DNA of 64,000 nucleotides from Chrysomallon squamiferum (Eukaryota; Animalia; Mollusca), in the NCBI GenBank assembly GCA_012295275.1, contig CM022677.1:24366001-24430000 (forward strand), read 5' to 3'. Both the position numbers and the translations under genes were made by a program. Positions 37,424 to 49,499 of this stretch are shown one piece after another. The notes beneath the pieces are model-generated. The model was not told the DNA's origin, searched no databases, and saw only the letters and a list, made by a program, of their open reading frames with translations. Each line of letters begins with the position of its first letter. Position 1 is the first letter of the stretch.

Positions 37424-39646
37424 TATACTTAATGCTATTCATTATTAATAATAATAATAATAATAGATTGTTGTTGTGATGGTGGTTTATTGTTTAGTTT
37501 TTAATTATTATTAATATTTGTTTTGATTTATGTTAAAACTCGCCAACAACAACGTTACTGGCAAATGCAATCTTTCGTTTGCGCGTATGCGTTACATCCG
37601 CTAGCCTTGTAACAAAAGAATGCTTTAAAAAGAAAAAGTAAACAGTAATTTTTGTCTTGTACACTGATTTAGATTTAGATTTTTAGTATCTTTGGCTATC
37701 AAATAAATGGGAAAATAAATAAAACTAATGGGCCAACTTTACGTTATTTTATTGTCATTATCGTCGTAAAAAACAGAGCAATAAAATAACTTGTACTTAA
37801 TTAATTCTGGACTACAGAGAACTGGCAGAGCCCTTGTATTTTCAAACTGGTATTGCCGTGGTAGCAGACGTACGAGATTGTAAAACAGCGTGAACGTATA
37901 CAGAAGGTGTGTGCGTGCGTGCGTTGTCCGTGCACACGTAATAATACAGAATAACTGACGTTTTTGCAATGCTGAAAACTTGGTATCTTCGTTATTATTA
38001 TTATTTATTTATGTATTTATTTTTATTTTATTTTATTATGTGTGTGTGTGTGCGTGTGTTAATTATGACGTTTTTGCAGTGCTGTAAAACTTAGTATCTT
38101 CATGTATAAGGAATAACACGAAGAAATAGGCTTTAGGTTTTTTTATTTTTATTATTATTATTATTAACTGTCGATTTTGGTAGAATATACACATTCGTCA
38201 CATAGGTATGATTTCTCTGAATCCTTGACATTAAAAGAATTAAATGCTAAACGTCTAGGAAACTCAGACATGATCTACATGTTCAGGGGCATGTTGAGAT
38301 AAATTAAAAAAAAAAGAAAACAAATCCTTCACATTTGTTTCAGTTGTGATCGGATAGATAATAATGTGGCCACAACAGATGGTTAATTCTTCGGATATAA
38401 TGTGTGGACTGTAGAATATATTTTTAAATAATACATCTACTCACATGTCACCCACTGTAGAATCTCTTTTTAAATACTACATTCACACACACACACTCAC
38501 TCTGTAACTTTTCTTCTTTCTTTCCTTCCTTATTGCCGCATCTACCTGGTTTTGTATTCAATATACTAGTACAAAACATTTGTTTTTGTTAAATCGTTAG
38601 TGGCAATACCTCTGTGCTCATCATTTATATTTTCAGTAATAAAACCACATGTATTTCTTGCAGCTGAAACCTCTGATATCATTTCTTGGCCTAGCTATGT
38701 CCATGTGCACAAGCTACATGGCATATGCTCTGATCACAAAGCCAGATGTCAGGTGAGAACAATGACGTTTATAAATAAGTAACAGGTTAAATAAAATTTA
38801 GTGTATCTCAAATCTTGATAAAAAAAAAAACCCAAATCTCTCTCTGAAAACTGATACATTTTTCTCATTCAGAAATCTACAAACTTAACCATCCATTTGT
38901 TACAATAAACATACAGCACAATTCCATTTTTAAGCATTTTTGCTTTTTAATTGTTTTTTAGTTTTAATTTTTAATTTGTTTTTTTTTTATTTGTTTAATA
39001 TAATTTTGTTTTTTGTTTTCTAAAGGATCAACAAAAGAAATGATATACCACCATGGGAGCAAGTACAGCCACTGGAGTCTAAAAAAGTAAATTAGAAAGC
39101 TTTGCACTAAATGTGGATATGCCTATATATATCTCTATCTGTCTATCTGTCTATCTGTATCTGAATATATTCTCATTCTCTTTCTTTCATTCTTATTCAT
39201 TCTTTCATTCATTCTCTCTGTCTCACTCTGATTCATTCTGGCTCTCATTCTCTCTCTCTTTCATTCTCACTCTCACTCTCACTCTCTCTCTCACACTCAC
39301 ACTCACACTCACACTCACTCACACTCACACTCACACTCACACACACACAGATATATACACACACATACATATACATTATGAGAGATGCTGATTCAGGTAG
39401 ATGTAGATATATGTTATACAACAGCTTACTTACCAAAAAGAAAAATGAATGTTTTTTTTTTTTTTAATTATGAATTGATACAATTAATGTCGTTGAACTA
39501 AGTGATTATATTTTGTTACTGTTAATATTACCATATTATTATTGTTATTGTTATTATTATTTCAGTTCGTACAGATGAACACTATCAAGGAGAATTCTGA
39601 ACTGAAGAAGCTGAGAGAGGAAATTGGTGCCTACACATTCAAATAA
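36717..39646 (+). CDS. NMES1: NMES1/C15orf48-like (NDUFA4/COXFA4, B12D family) small mitochondrial complex IV-associated protein, 99 aa; exons 36717-36785, 38664-38752, 39026-39086, 39566-39646
   Basis: Spliced protein MSGNTIKITSLAFSRNIFKNFPELKPLISFLGLAMSMCTSYMAYALITKPDVRINKRNDIPPWEQVQPLESKKFVQMNTIKENSELKKLREEIGAYTFK. It shows EL-x-PL, a single TM helix, K-x-DV and PWE-x-V-x-P family motifs. All introns are GT-AG, with phases 0/2/0. Confidence 0.88.
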
Positions 39647-41011
39647 ACCTGCCAAGATGTGGAATTAAAACTTGAAATATTATCAAAACGGACTTTCCTT
39701 GTAACATTTGTTAGGGCTTGTTTTAGTGTATTATTTAGGGAGTATTTTGTTTTGTTAAAGTTGCATTTTGATTACAACTAGATTACAAGAAAGAAAGTTA
39801 AAAAAACAAAAAAACAAAAAAAAACATTTTCTGTAATTAATGATTTTTGAAAGCAGATAATTTAAAAAGTTTCTTTGGGGGTTTTTTTTGGTGGTTTTTT
39901 TATTTATATTTTGTTGATATTGGTATATTTAAATTTGATTCAAAGAAATTGTTTGGAAAGGAAGTTTATGGTGGCTAATTAAATAAGTGTACAACATTTG
40001 TATGTTTATTGAAAGAATCAAATATTTTGGAATTTTTGGTTTTCATCTTGATTTATCAATTTTTTGGTAAAACATTCCTAGTAGAACATTTTAAAATTTT
40101 CTTCTGAATGTTTTCTTTTCTTTATTCTTTCCTCTCTTTTTTTTGTTTGTTAATCTTGAATTTGAAAATCGCACAAAGTTCACTCCATCCTTAAGCAGTT
40201 TTACGTGAAAATCTTCGTAATAGAATTGTATTCTTAATTTATCCAGTTCTATGCAATATCAGACAAACACAAGAAATATTCTAGATATATAATGAATGTT
40301 GTCCATTCATAATAAAACGAATAATCGCACAAATGAACGTTTTCTAGAACCTGTGTGTGAGTTTATAAATAAACAGTGCTAAATACAAAGTGTTTTTTTT
40401 TTTTTTTAATTACTGTGCTTGCATGCATGAGTGCAGAGATAAAAATCTTTCTAAGTAGAGAGACACTGGGGAAATATTGTAGAAATTATATTACAACAAC
40501 TCTATACGTATATTCACCCAGTTCTGAAGTGAAACATTTGCGACTACCTTGGTTGAGAGTGAAAAATCTGTGTGTATTGACAATCACCATCAAGAGCCAT
40601 AACCAACAGCTTCTTTGGCTCGTGGTGTTTCTCTATTTGCATGAATCCTCACGTATATAACATTCTGCCAGCAGTTGATATCGTCACGTCAGACATCCTG
40701 GATTTTTTATTAACTGAGAGAGGCAGAAAACGGTTGCATTGAGGGACTGACGCTCTTTAAAACAGTGCATAAAATGATAATATTCCTGATTATTAACTGA
40801 TGTTTCAGTTCCATTTTGTGAGAAGGCCCCCCCCACCCCCGTTGAGACTGGTTAATTAATATCTCGGAGTTTCCTCTCCAGGTCTTCACGAAGATGAGGA
40901 TGCAGTCGCAGGCAGGCAGGCAGCCCCTCTGTGTGACACTGCGTGCAGCTGTAATTCGTAATCAGTATTGTGACGTCATATTACGTTGATAATGTTATAG
41001 CTAACAGAAGC

Positions 41012-41046
<35 letters not shown>

Positions 41047-41693
41047 TAATAATAATAAAAAATAAAAAAGTAAAAAAAAAAATAATAATAATTCTTATGT
41101 ATTGTGACGTCATATTACGATTAGTCGTTGATATTGTTATAGTAGAGACTAATTATTTTCAACGTTAGCATAACGACAATGCAAAATCACGCGAAAAGTC
41201 GTCTACCGAAAAAGAAATCTGAATAAAAATATTTAAAAAAACAAAACAAATAAAGAACAAACTTATCGTTCACAAACTGGCTAGTGACAACATTTCTTAG
41301 TAGTTAAATAATTTAAAATGACGAATACGTTTTGCTTCTTACTCGTAGCCTGAACAATGAGATTTTATATATATATATATATAAATCTTAAGATTCTTGA
41401 CTAGAACTTTATTGAAATAAAGACTGGACCACGTGCATTAGTGAGAACATATAATCAAAACGTGATTTAAACAGTATTTTCTGTTGAGGAACAAAACCTA
41501 GTGACTACTATTTAAAGACGGAAGACAGAACTAAACACCAGTACCGCTGTGTCTATATAGTCAGTATGTAGATGTACAGTAGAATCACATTTTAGTAGAA
41601 TGCAATCAACCTGATCCAGTGAAGAGATCAATTTTCTAAAAGCATTGTTTTCTTTATACCAGTAGAGTTCAAAATTGTTCAAATTGATACAAA

Positions 41694-41726
<33 letters not shown>

Positions 41727-41932
41727 AAATAAGTTAAAAAGAAAGAATGAAAGAAAAAGAATATAAGAAAATTAAATAAAAATAAACAGCAACAACGATA
41801 ATAAAACTGATGATAAACAAACAAACGAACAAACAAATAAATAAATAAATAAAATTAGACATTTCATGGGACTCATATAGCAGAAATCTGATAGTTCTAA
41901 GACTACAAATTACCCACTTAAGCCGAAACTGA

Positions 41933-41968
<36 letters not shown>

Positions 41969-42320
41969 TAATTTACTTTTATTTTGTTTTAAAACTTTAA
42001 AATGTCTGCCTTTCTATTTCAAATCGCATTCGAGTTCATACAAGGGGAAGTAACCTACTGATACAGTATTTTATTTTATTTCTATCTATCTATGTACATA
42101 ATCTATCATTCTAATATATTTATTTATTTACTTATTTATTTATTTTGTGAATAACTTATCAGTTAGTTTTAGAAGACAACAAGCGAGGTTTGTTTACACA
42201 AAGAATATAGAAAAAGTGTAAAAGTAGGTAAATATAAACGAAACGTTAAAAATTAAAAACACTATGACTGAAAATAACATCTGTTAAAATGCTTTGTTTC
42301 TCAAAGACAGTTACTTTTAA

Positions 42321-42389
<69 letters not shown>

Positions 42390-42413
42390 AAGAAGAAGAA
42401 CAACAACAAGAAG

Positions 42414-42446
<33 letters not shown>

Positions 42447-42705
42447 AAAATAAATAAATAAATAAAGTGCTATAAAGGTTAAGAAAACAAAGTTTTCTTC
42501 ATGACAGTGGTTAGACTGACAAATCAGAATTACTTATTCAAATAAAGGGGGATGAAAACTTTTTTTATTCTCATTAAAAGATGAGGTGGACGCATTTTTA
42601 AAATTAATTTCAGAATAGACAAAAATTCTATTCTCACGCATCAAACAAATACATTTTCCTATAATAATAATAATAATAATAATAAAAAATAATAATAAAA
42701 ATAAA

Positions 42706-42760
<55 letters not shown>

Positions 42761-42852
42761 GTAATAGTAATAATAATAATCAGGAATAATCCAGTTTATT
42801 TTATTTTATTTTATTTTATTTTAATTCTTTTTAAATAGTTCTTAATTTTTAT

Positions 42853-42907
<55 letters not shown>

Positions 42908-42924
42908 TTAAACAATTTATTCTT

Positions 42925-43119
42925 AACTTCAACGGGTCAGTTCTCACAACTGAACATATCAATAAGATCAACGAACCAAAACTACCCGCTGCAGTTTTAG
43001 TTATCTGCAATAGCATGTCATGACTTGATAGTTTTAGGCGCATGTGACATAAGCAAAACGGTTTTGTCATTTACAAGGTGACTTTCCTATACGAAACAAG
43101 AAAGAATTTTCAGGTATTT
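42925..43119 (+). promoter_or_regulatory. Putative promoter / non-coding first exon cassette of caspase 1
   Basis: Ends in CAG|GTATTT (43113) and contains kappaB-like GGTGACTTTCC. The caspase exon has an acceptor TTTAG at 44657, upstream of its ATG, which implies an upstream exon. Confidence 0.45.
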
Positions 43120-43199
43120 ATTCCAGTTTTTATATCGTCTCTTTTATTACTAACTTACTTACAAAATAAATATTACGCAATGAAAGATTTAAATAATAA

Positions 43200-43231
<32 letters not shown>

Positions 43232-43975
43232 GGTAAGACTACTGTTGAACGGTTTCTGTGAACAAAGAAACTTCTTAAACGAATAAAAATAAAAGTTTAA
43301 AACAATTAAAAATAATAATAATAATAATTATAATAAAATATCTTAGCTGACGGAAATAGTGTGGAGACAAAATTTTATATGTAAATGATATTAAAATGAT
43401 CATTACTCCAAAAACAAAGCAATATTTTATTTCCCTGTTTCGATTTCCTGTGTTAACAACAACAATCAGGGGGAAAAAACCCCAATCCGCGAATTGTTGT
43501 CATACAAGTTTTGCTCACGTAAACCAGTTCTCGAAACATTATTAGTCAATGTCTTAGATATTACCTTCTTTCTTTCTTTCTTTTTCTGTTTGTTATTTAT
43601 TTATTTATTAATGTGTTGTTGTTTTTTGTGTGTTTTTTTTTATCAGCCTTTAATTGTCCATTCAGTTTAAACTTGGTATTCTTAACATCACCAAAAGCGT
43701 CAGAAATAATTCTGAACTCTATTTATTTATTTATTTACTTTTATTTAAATTTAAAATTTGTTCTTAATGCAATTTTTCAATACGTTACCATGAATACGGA
43801 ATTAAATTGCTTTTCCATTTTTAGAAGAAAATATCAAATTAGTACTAGAGAAAGCAAAACTGTGCAAAAATGACACCAAGTGAAATTTCTAATTTAATTT
43901 GTATATGTATATATATATAGCCCTTGAAAGCCAACACCTCTTATGAGCTGGGCCCCGTGACAATATATATGTATA

Positions 43976-44011
<36 letters not shown>

Positions 44012-44707
44012 CATACATACACACACATACATACATAGATATACATACATTCACAGACATACACACATATACATTAATACATTAACATACCTACATACAT
44101 TTATATATACACGTATAGACACAAACACACATCTATACACTTGCAATATATGAATATATAAATACATAAATATGTAGATACTTACATGCATAAATGAGCA
44201 ACATACCCGTGAAAACATATATAAACACATACACAGACATACGAAATACACACACGCACACTAACAATACTCACTACTAGTGCTGGTAGTACTACTAGTA
44301 ATTACTAATACTGTATTGCAGTTATATCTTCTACTACAAGTAGACTATAAAATAATAACATTAATTTTTAGCGTTAGAATTCTTAATTATTTATGTTAAA
44401 AATAAAACATTATTTCATTGTGATTCTTACAACTACTACTACTGCTATTACTATTATTACCACTACTACTACAACTACTCCTACCACTACTACCACCACC
44501 ACCACCATACTGTTGTTATTATTATTATTATTGTTGTTGTTGTTTTTGTTGTTGTTCCTATTACTACTGTTGCTATTATTGTTGCTGTTATTATTATTAT
44601 CATTATTATTAGTGCTGTTATTATTATTAATATTATTATTATTATTATTAATTTAGATGATCAATGAATCACTTCTGAGTCGTATTCAAGGGAAACGATC
44701 ATAAACA

Positions 44708-47038
44708 ATGGGAAATTTGATCAGTTTAATACAAGAGGTTCCGCACACAGTGCATATTGATTCTGTTCAGATTAATCTGGAACAAATCAAAAGGAAAATA
44801 ACTGATGAATTGAAAAAATACAACATACAAAACAAAGAAGTGACAGAAAGCACACAAAACAACGAAGAGACAGAAAACACACAAAACAACGAAGAGACAG
44901 AAAACAGACAAAACAACGAAGAGGCAGAAAACACACAAAACAACGAAGAGGCAGAAAACATACAAAACAACGAAGAGACAGAAAACAGACAAAACAACGA
45001 AGAGGCAGAAAACAGACAAAACAACGAAGAGGCTGAAAACATACAAAACAACGAAGAAACAGAAAGCACACAAAACAACGAAGAGACAGAAAACAGACAA
45101 AACAACGAAGAAACAGAAAGCACACAAAACAACGAAGAGACAGAAAACAGACAAAACAACGAAGAAACAGAAAACATACAAAACAACGAAGAGACAGAAA
45201 GCACACAAAACAACGAAGAGGCAGAAAGCACACAAAACAACGAAGAGGCAGAAAGCACAGAAAACAAAGAGACAGAAAACACACAAAACAACGAAGAGGC
45301 AGAAAGCACACAAAACAACGAAGAGGCAGAAAGCACAGAAAACAAAGAGACAGAAAACAGACAAAACAACGAAGAGGCAAAAAACACACGAAACAACGAA
45401 GAGACAGAAAGCACAGAAAACAACGAAGAGGCAGAAAACACACGAAACAACGAAGAGACAGAAAACACACGAAACAACGAAGAGACAGAAAGCACAGAAA
45501 ACAACGAAGAAACAGAAAACATACAAAACAACGAAGAAACAGAAAACAGACAAAACAACGAAGAGGCAGAAAGCACACAAAACAACGAAGAGGCAGAAAA
45601 CAGACAAAACAACGAAGAGACAGAAAACACACAAAACAACGAAGAGACAGAAAACAAACAAAACAACGAAGAGGCAGAAAACAGACAAAACAACGAAGAG
45701 ACAGAAAACACACAAAACAACGAAGAGGCAGAAAACAGACAAAACAACGAAGAGACAGAAAACACACAAAACAACGAAGAGGCAGAAAACAGACAAAACA
45801 ACGAAGAGGCAGAAAACAGACAAAACAACGAAGAGGCAGAAAACAGACAAAACAACGATGATATAGAAATCACACAAAACAGTGTAGAAATAGAAAACAC
45901 AGAAAATAATGAAGTGGTGACGCTACACGAAAGAAAAAGGATGGATTTGAAAATTTTAGTAAATTATTTAGAAAAAGAAATCCAGAACAATGTAAATCCG
46001 TTAAAGAAAGTAGGCGACTATCTGACTCTGTTAATGGAGATCTTGAATAATGCTGAGCAAACAAACATCAGACAAACAGAAGTTGAAATAATACCTGGCA
46101 TCATAGATACGGTGCATGAAACAGTAATTGGGGACGAGAGATGGTGTTGTGACATGATCGACAACCAACCCGTTCGTTGGCTCCTTTCAAACAAAAATAG
46201 AATGTACGGGATTCAATGCAACAGCTTCTTAGAGCTGGTGAAACTCTTGTACAACCATACCAAGTCCATTTCCTCTCTTACCAGTTTAAACGTAGTAAAC
46301 TGCAGCTCAAAGTTCCCTGTTTATGAAATGACGCATCAGAAACGTGGAATATGTCTGATAATAAACAACGAAAAGTATGAATTATCCGAAAAACGTACAG
46401 GGTCGCGTGAGGACGCCAAGAACCTGAAAGAGACATTTGAGAAACTTTTCTTCCATGTGGAAGTTCACAGGGATCTCAGTGACTCGAAAATGAAAAGTAT
46501 ACTCAAAGAGATGTCAGAACGCGACCATTCTGAAAGCGACGCTTTTGTCTGCTGCATTCTCGCACACGGTAGTGAGGGGTCGGTCTACGGCATAAATGAA
46601 AACAAAGTAACCTTACGGGAAGTCAATTCTTATTTCCGGTCTTGTAAATCTCTCCGTGATAAACCAAAGCTGTTTTTTGTCCAGGCCTGCCAAGGTCATA
46701 AACATCAGAAAGGACAACTAGTTCCTCATTCTGACGTCAAGGCTGAAGAAGGGAAACATTTCACTGCCGAGGGCTGTGATTTCTACACTGCTTGTTCAAG
46801 CGAGCCAGGATATGCGTCTTACCGTAATGCAAATACAGGATCTTTATATATTAAATTGCTTTGTGACAATCTTCTTAAATACAAACATGAAAATATTTCT
46901 AACGTAATGGGTGCAGTCAGTGATGACGTAAGTGATAAAAACCCACCAGGGGACGATTGCACTAATAAACAAGTGCCGTGGACCAATTCAACGTTAAGAA
47001 AACAATTTGTTTTCTGCCCTCTTTACGAAAGAAAATGA
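44708..47038 (+). CDS. Caspase-8/10-like protease (peptidase C14) with a long acidic-repeat prodomain; coding region in one exon; 776 aa
   Basis: YEMTHQKRGICLIINN, RTGS..D, CCILAHG (catalytic His), KPKLFFVQACQG (catalytic Cys, 46682-46696), and p10 DF...PGYASYRN..GS..I and KQVP..STLRK. Confidence 0.95.
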   Translation: MGNLISLIQEVPHTVHIDSVQINLEQIKRKITDELKKYNIQNKEVTESTQNNEETENTQNNEETENRQNNEEAENTQNNEEAENIQNNEETENRQNNEEAENRQNNEEAENIQNNEETESTQNNEETENRQNNEETESTQNNEETENRQNNEETENIQNNEETESTQNNEEAESTQNNEEAESTENKETENTQNNEEAESTQNNEEAESTENKETENRQNNEEAKNTRNNEETESTENNEEAENTRNNEETENTRNNEETESTENNEETENIQNNEETENRQNNEEAESTQNNEEAENRQNNEETENTQNNEETENKQNNEEAENRQNNEETENTQNNEEAENRQNNEETENTQNNEEAENRQNNEEAENRQNNEEAENRQNNDDIEITQNSVEIENTENNEVVTLHERKRMDLKILVNYLEKEIQNNVNPLKKVGDYLTLLMEILNNAEQTNIRQTEVEIIPGIIDTVHETVIGDERWCCDMIDNQPVRWLLSNKNRMYGIQCNSFLELVKLLYNHTKSISSLTSLNVVNCSSKFPVYEMTHQKRGICLIINNEKYELSEKRTGSREDAKNLKETFEKLFFHVEVHRDLSDSKMKSILKEMSERDHSESDAFVCCILAHGSEGSVYGINENKVTLREVNSYFRSCKSLRDKPKLFFVQACQGHKHQKGQLVPHSDVKAEEGKHFTAEGCDFYTACSSEPGYASYRNANTGSLYIKLLCDNLLKYKHENISNVMGAVSDDVSDKNPPGDDCTNKQVPWTNSTLRKQFVFCPLYERK
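44830..45915 (+). repeat. Coding 27-bp minisatellite (ENTQNNEET/A), about 40 units
   Basis: GAAAACACACAAAACAACGAAGAGACA-type units in frame; a few 24-bp variants preserve the frame. Confidence 0.95.
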
Positions 47039-47559
47039 ATAAACAATTACGATTTGTCAGTGTGGTTACAAAAGTCCACCCTTAAACCAAAAGCGAACAG
47101 AAACTAACCAAGAAGAAGAAACTGAAAAACAACAATACAGTTTTCCCACAATTCCTCTCAAAGTTCTACTTTCAGAAATAGTACATTTCATTATCGAACG
47201 AATTCAGACAACTAGATGAAAATAAAAAAGAAATATTACATCATATGAAAGAAATTATTATCAGACTGGAAATAGAAAATGACAAGTTAAAAAAAACAAC
47301 AACAGAGAAAGTAAATATAAGAGCCACACTATCTATATAGAAAACTAAGTTGCCTATGGACAAATCTAACGACTTAGAACAAGCTTCAAGGATAAACACT
47401 GTGCAACAAAGATATACAAGGGATTCAGATAAACGTCAGTGAATTCAAAATTTCAGTTTCTCGAAGACACAACATTGCTATTAGACTGGTGTGATAAAAC
47501 TCATACAGCTTCTGCGGAAACATTATAATATTTTAACAATATGTGTGATCTCAGAGTTA

Positions 47560-48650
47560 ATAAGCTAAAACTGATAAAGCAAATTAGGCAAAGACTATAA
47601 TAATCGCAGAGAATTGTGATCAAAACATAAATTAAAATGGACTACAGTATTTACAATACTTGGGGTAATGTTTTTCACAGATCTATATCTAATCCGAGAA
47701 TCAAACTATTAAGATGAGTGACGTTAACAGGCTTCTTGAACAATGCTTAAAACGTTGTTTCTAACCTCTAGAAAAAATTTACTGAAATCAAAAATGTTGT
47801 TATATGGAAAAAGAAATGTTTTCTTTTTTATCAAACAGATTCTTTCTTTAAAAAAATAGAAACCTAATACGCGCAGTTCGTTTCAATTAGCTAGAAAAGA
47901 TATTAATTCAGGATTATCAAGAGGGTGGTTTAAGAGCAATAAATCTTATGCTATTTTGCAATGGCTTCATATTAGTAGTTAAAAATATTATAAATTGTCT
48001 TTGCATACAAAACGAGGTAACATTACAAATATCAGGAATTTCTAATTTTACAGAAGAACACCTCAAAACAATTGTTGGTAAAACATTCTGCTGTGATTAT
48101 ATAATAGAAATTATTTCAAAGCACAAAATAAATGCCAAAATAAAATGGCAGTATATTTTTGGTAGAGATTTATGTGACAAATAATGGAAAAGTATACATC
48201 TTCTTCTGTTACAAGTTAACTACAAACACAGGACTTAGATATTTTCAATACAACATCTTGTTAATTATCTTAACAACAAATAAGCATTTGGTATTATATG
48301 GTATAAAGATATAAAAGATAAATGTGAATTTCGTTTGGCTTACGTAAAAATGTTCAGACATTCTGGAACACTGTTACAAACTAGATACTTTTGTCAACAA
48401 ATGTGAGACTTCAAATAAATGCAATTATTTAAGACAACCGAAATTATTCTGACAAAGGTGATAGAGCCGATTTAATGTCGTTAATTGCCAAACACTTTAT
48501 CTATAAATCAAAATGCAACCACTAACAACTTATTTTAACTGGATTCCAAAATGTTCTGAACATGTTTATTTATTTATTGTGCAGAAAAGTATGTTCGTAA
48601 GATAAATAACGGAACAATAAAATGTGACAAGATTTTGAAAAAAAAAAAGA
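47560..48650 (+). mobile_element. Decayed, internally deleted non-LTR retrotransposon (Tx1/L1-like ORF2 C-terminal part)
   Basis: Translated remnants QDYQEGGLRAINL (~47910), LRYFQYNILLIILTTNKHL..YGIK..DKCEF (zf-RVT-like, ~48235-48335) and LIAKHFIYKSKC (48481); A-rich end at ~48640. Confidence 0.7.
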
Positions 48651-49499
48651 AATGTAAATATGTCATAATTATTTTGATTGTATTCTTGTATGTTTCTTAC
48701 TGTAACATTCACTGTGTATTTATGTGATAAATATTAATTACTAGGAACCTATAGTAGATAATTATCTGTAGTTTTTTGGTTGTTGTCTTTCTTGATAATC
48801 TGAAGACTTCTGTATTTTAACACATTAATTTAATTTTATATTTTGTCATGTTAGGATTAATTGTACTATACTTTATACTGTATATTCTGTGGTGAAAATA
48901 ATAATAATTATAACCATTGCAGGTTTTCTTTTCCTTGTCTTATTTGGAATATTTTTGTTTATATATCAAGTAATCGTTCAGAGACAGGTGTTTTTTTAAT
49001 TATCTGTTTTTAATTCTAACTTTTAATTTAGCTTTATCTACATTTGAATACAAAACCCTTTTCTATATTCATTTTATAAGCAAATCTCGATTGAGTTTTG
49101 CTAAAGACTTTTACACTGATCGCAAACAGACAATTCAAATATCAGTAGCTACTGAAATTGTTTTGAAAAGTTGAATATGAAGTGCTATCTCATTTCCAAT
49201 TTTTAATCCTAATTAGCGAAATATACTAGTATGAGGATATTTGTTTGCTATCATTCAATTACAGTAAGGATAAAAAGTTAAAAATAAATGCTATATATAA
49301 TCAAAACCAGAAATTGTGACTTGCAGTTTTTCGATTTAATATTGCGATAACAATTTTTATTTTGCGGGGTTGTGTTTTTTTTTTTTTAAATATAGGACTC
49401 TTGTGGAACGTTTACTGTGAACCACAAAATTTAATAAATGAAAAGAAAAAAAAAAAGTATTTCCTTGTTTCGAATTTTCCAGCGTAGGCTGTCTAGACA

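Noticed and set aside
40880-40960. GC-rich patch (GGCAGCCCCT...ACACTGCG) considered as a miR-147/miR-210-type hairpin, since vertebrate C15orf48 hosts miR-147, or as an orphan exon
   Set aside because: No matching 3p arm or clean hairpin is visible, and its translation after the CCAG acceptor is not recognisable.
44726-45900. Long minus-strand Cys/Phe/Leu-rich ORFs (also 58375-59771)
   Set aside because: Antisense shadows of the A-rich coding repeat, which lacks stop codons on that strand.
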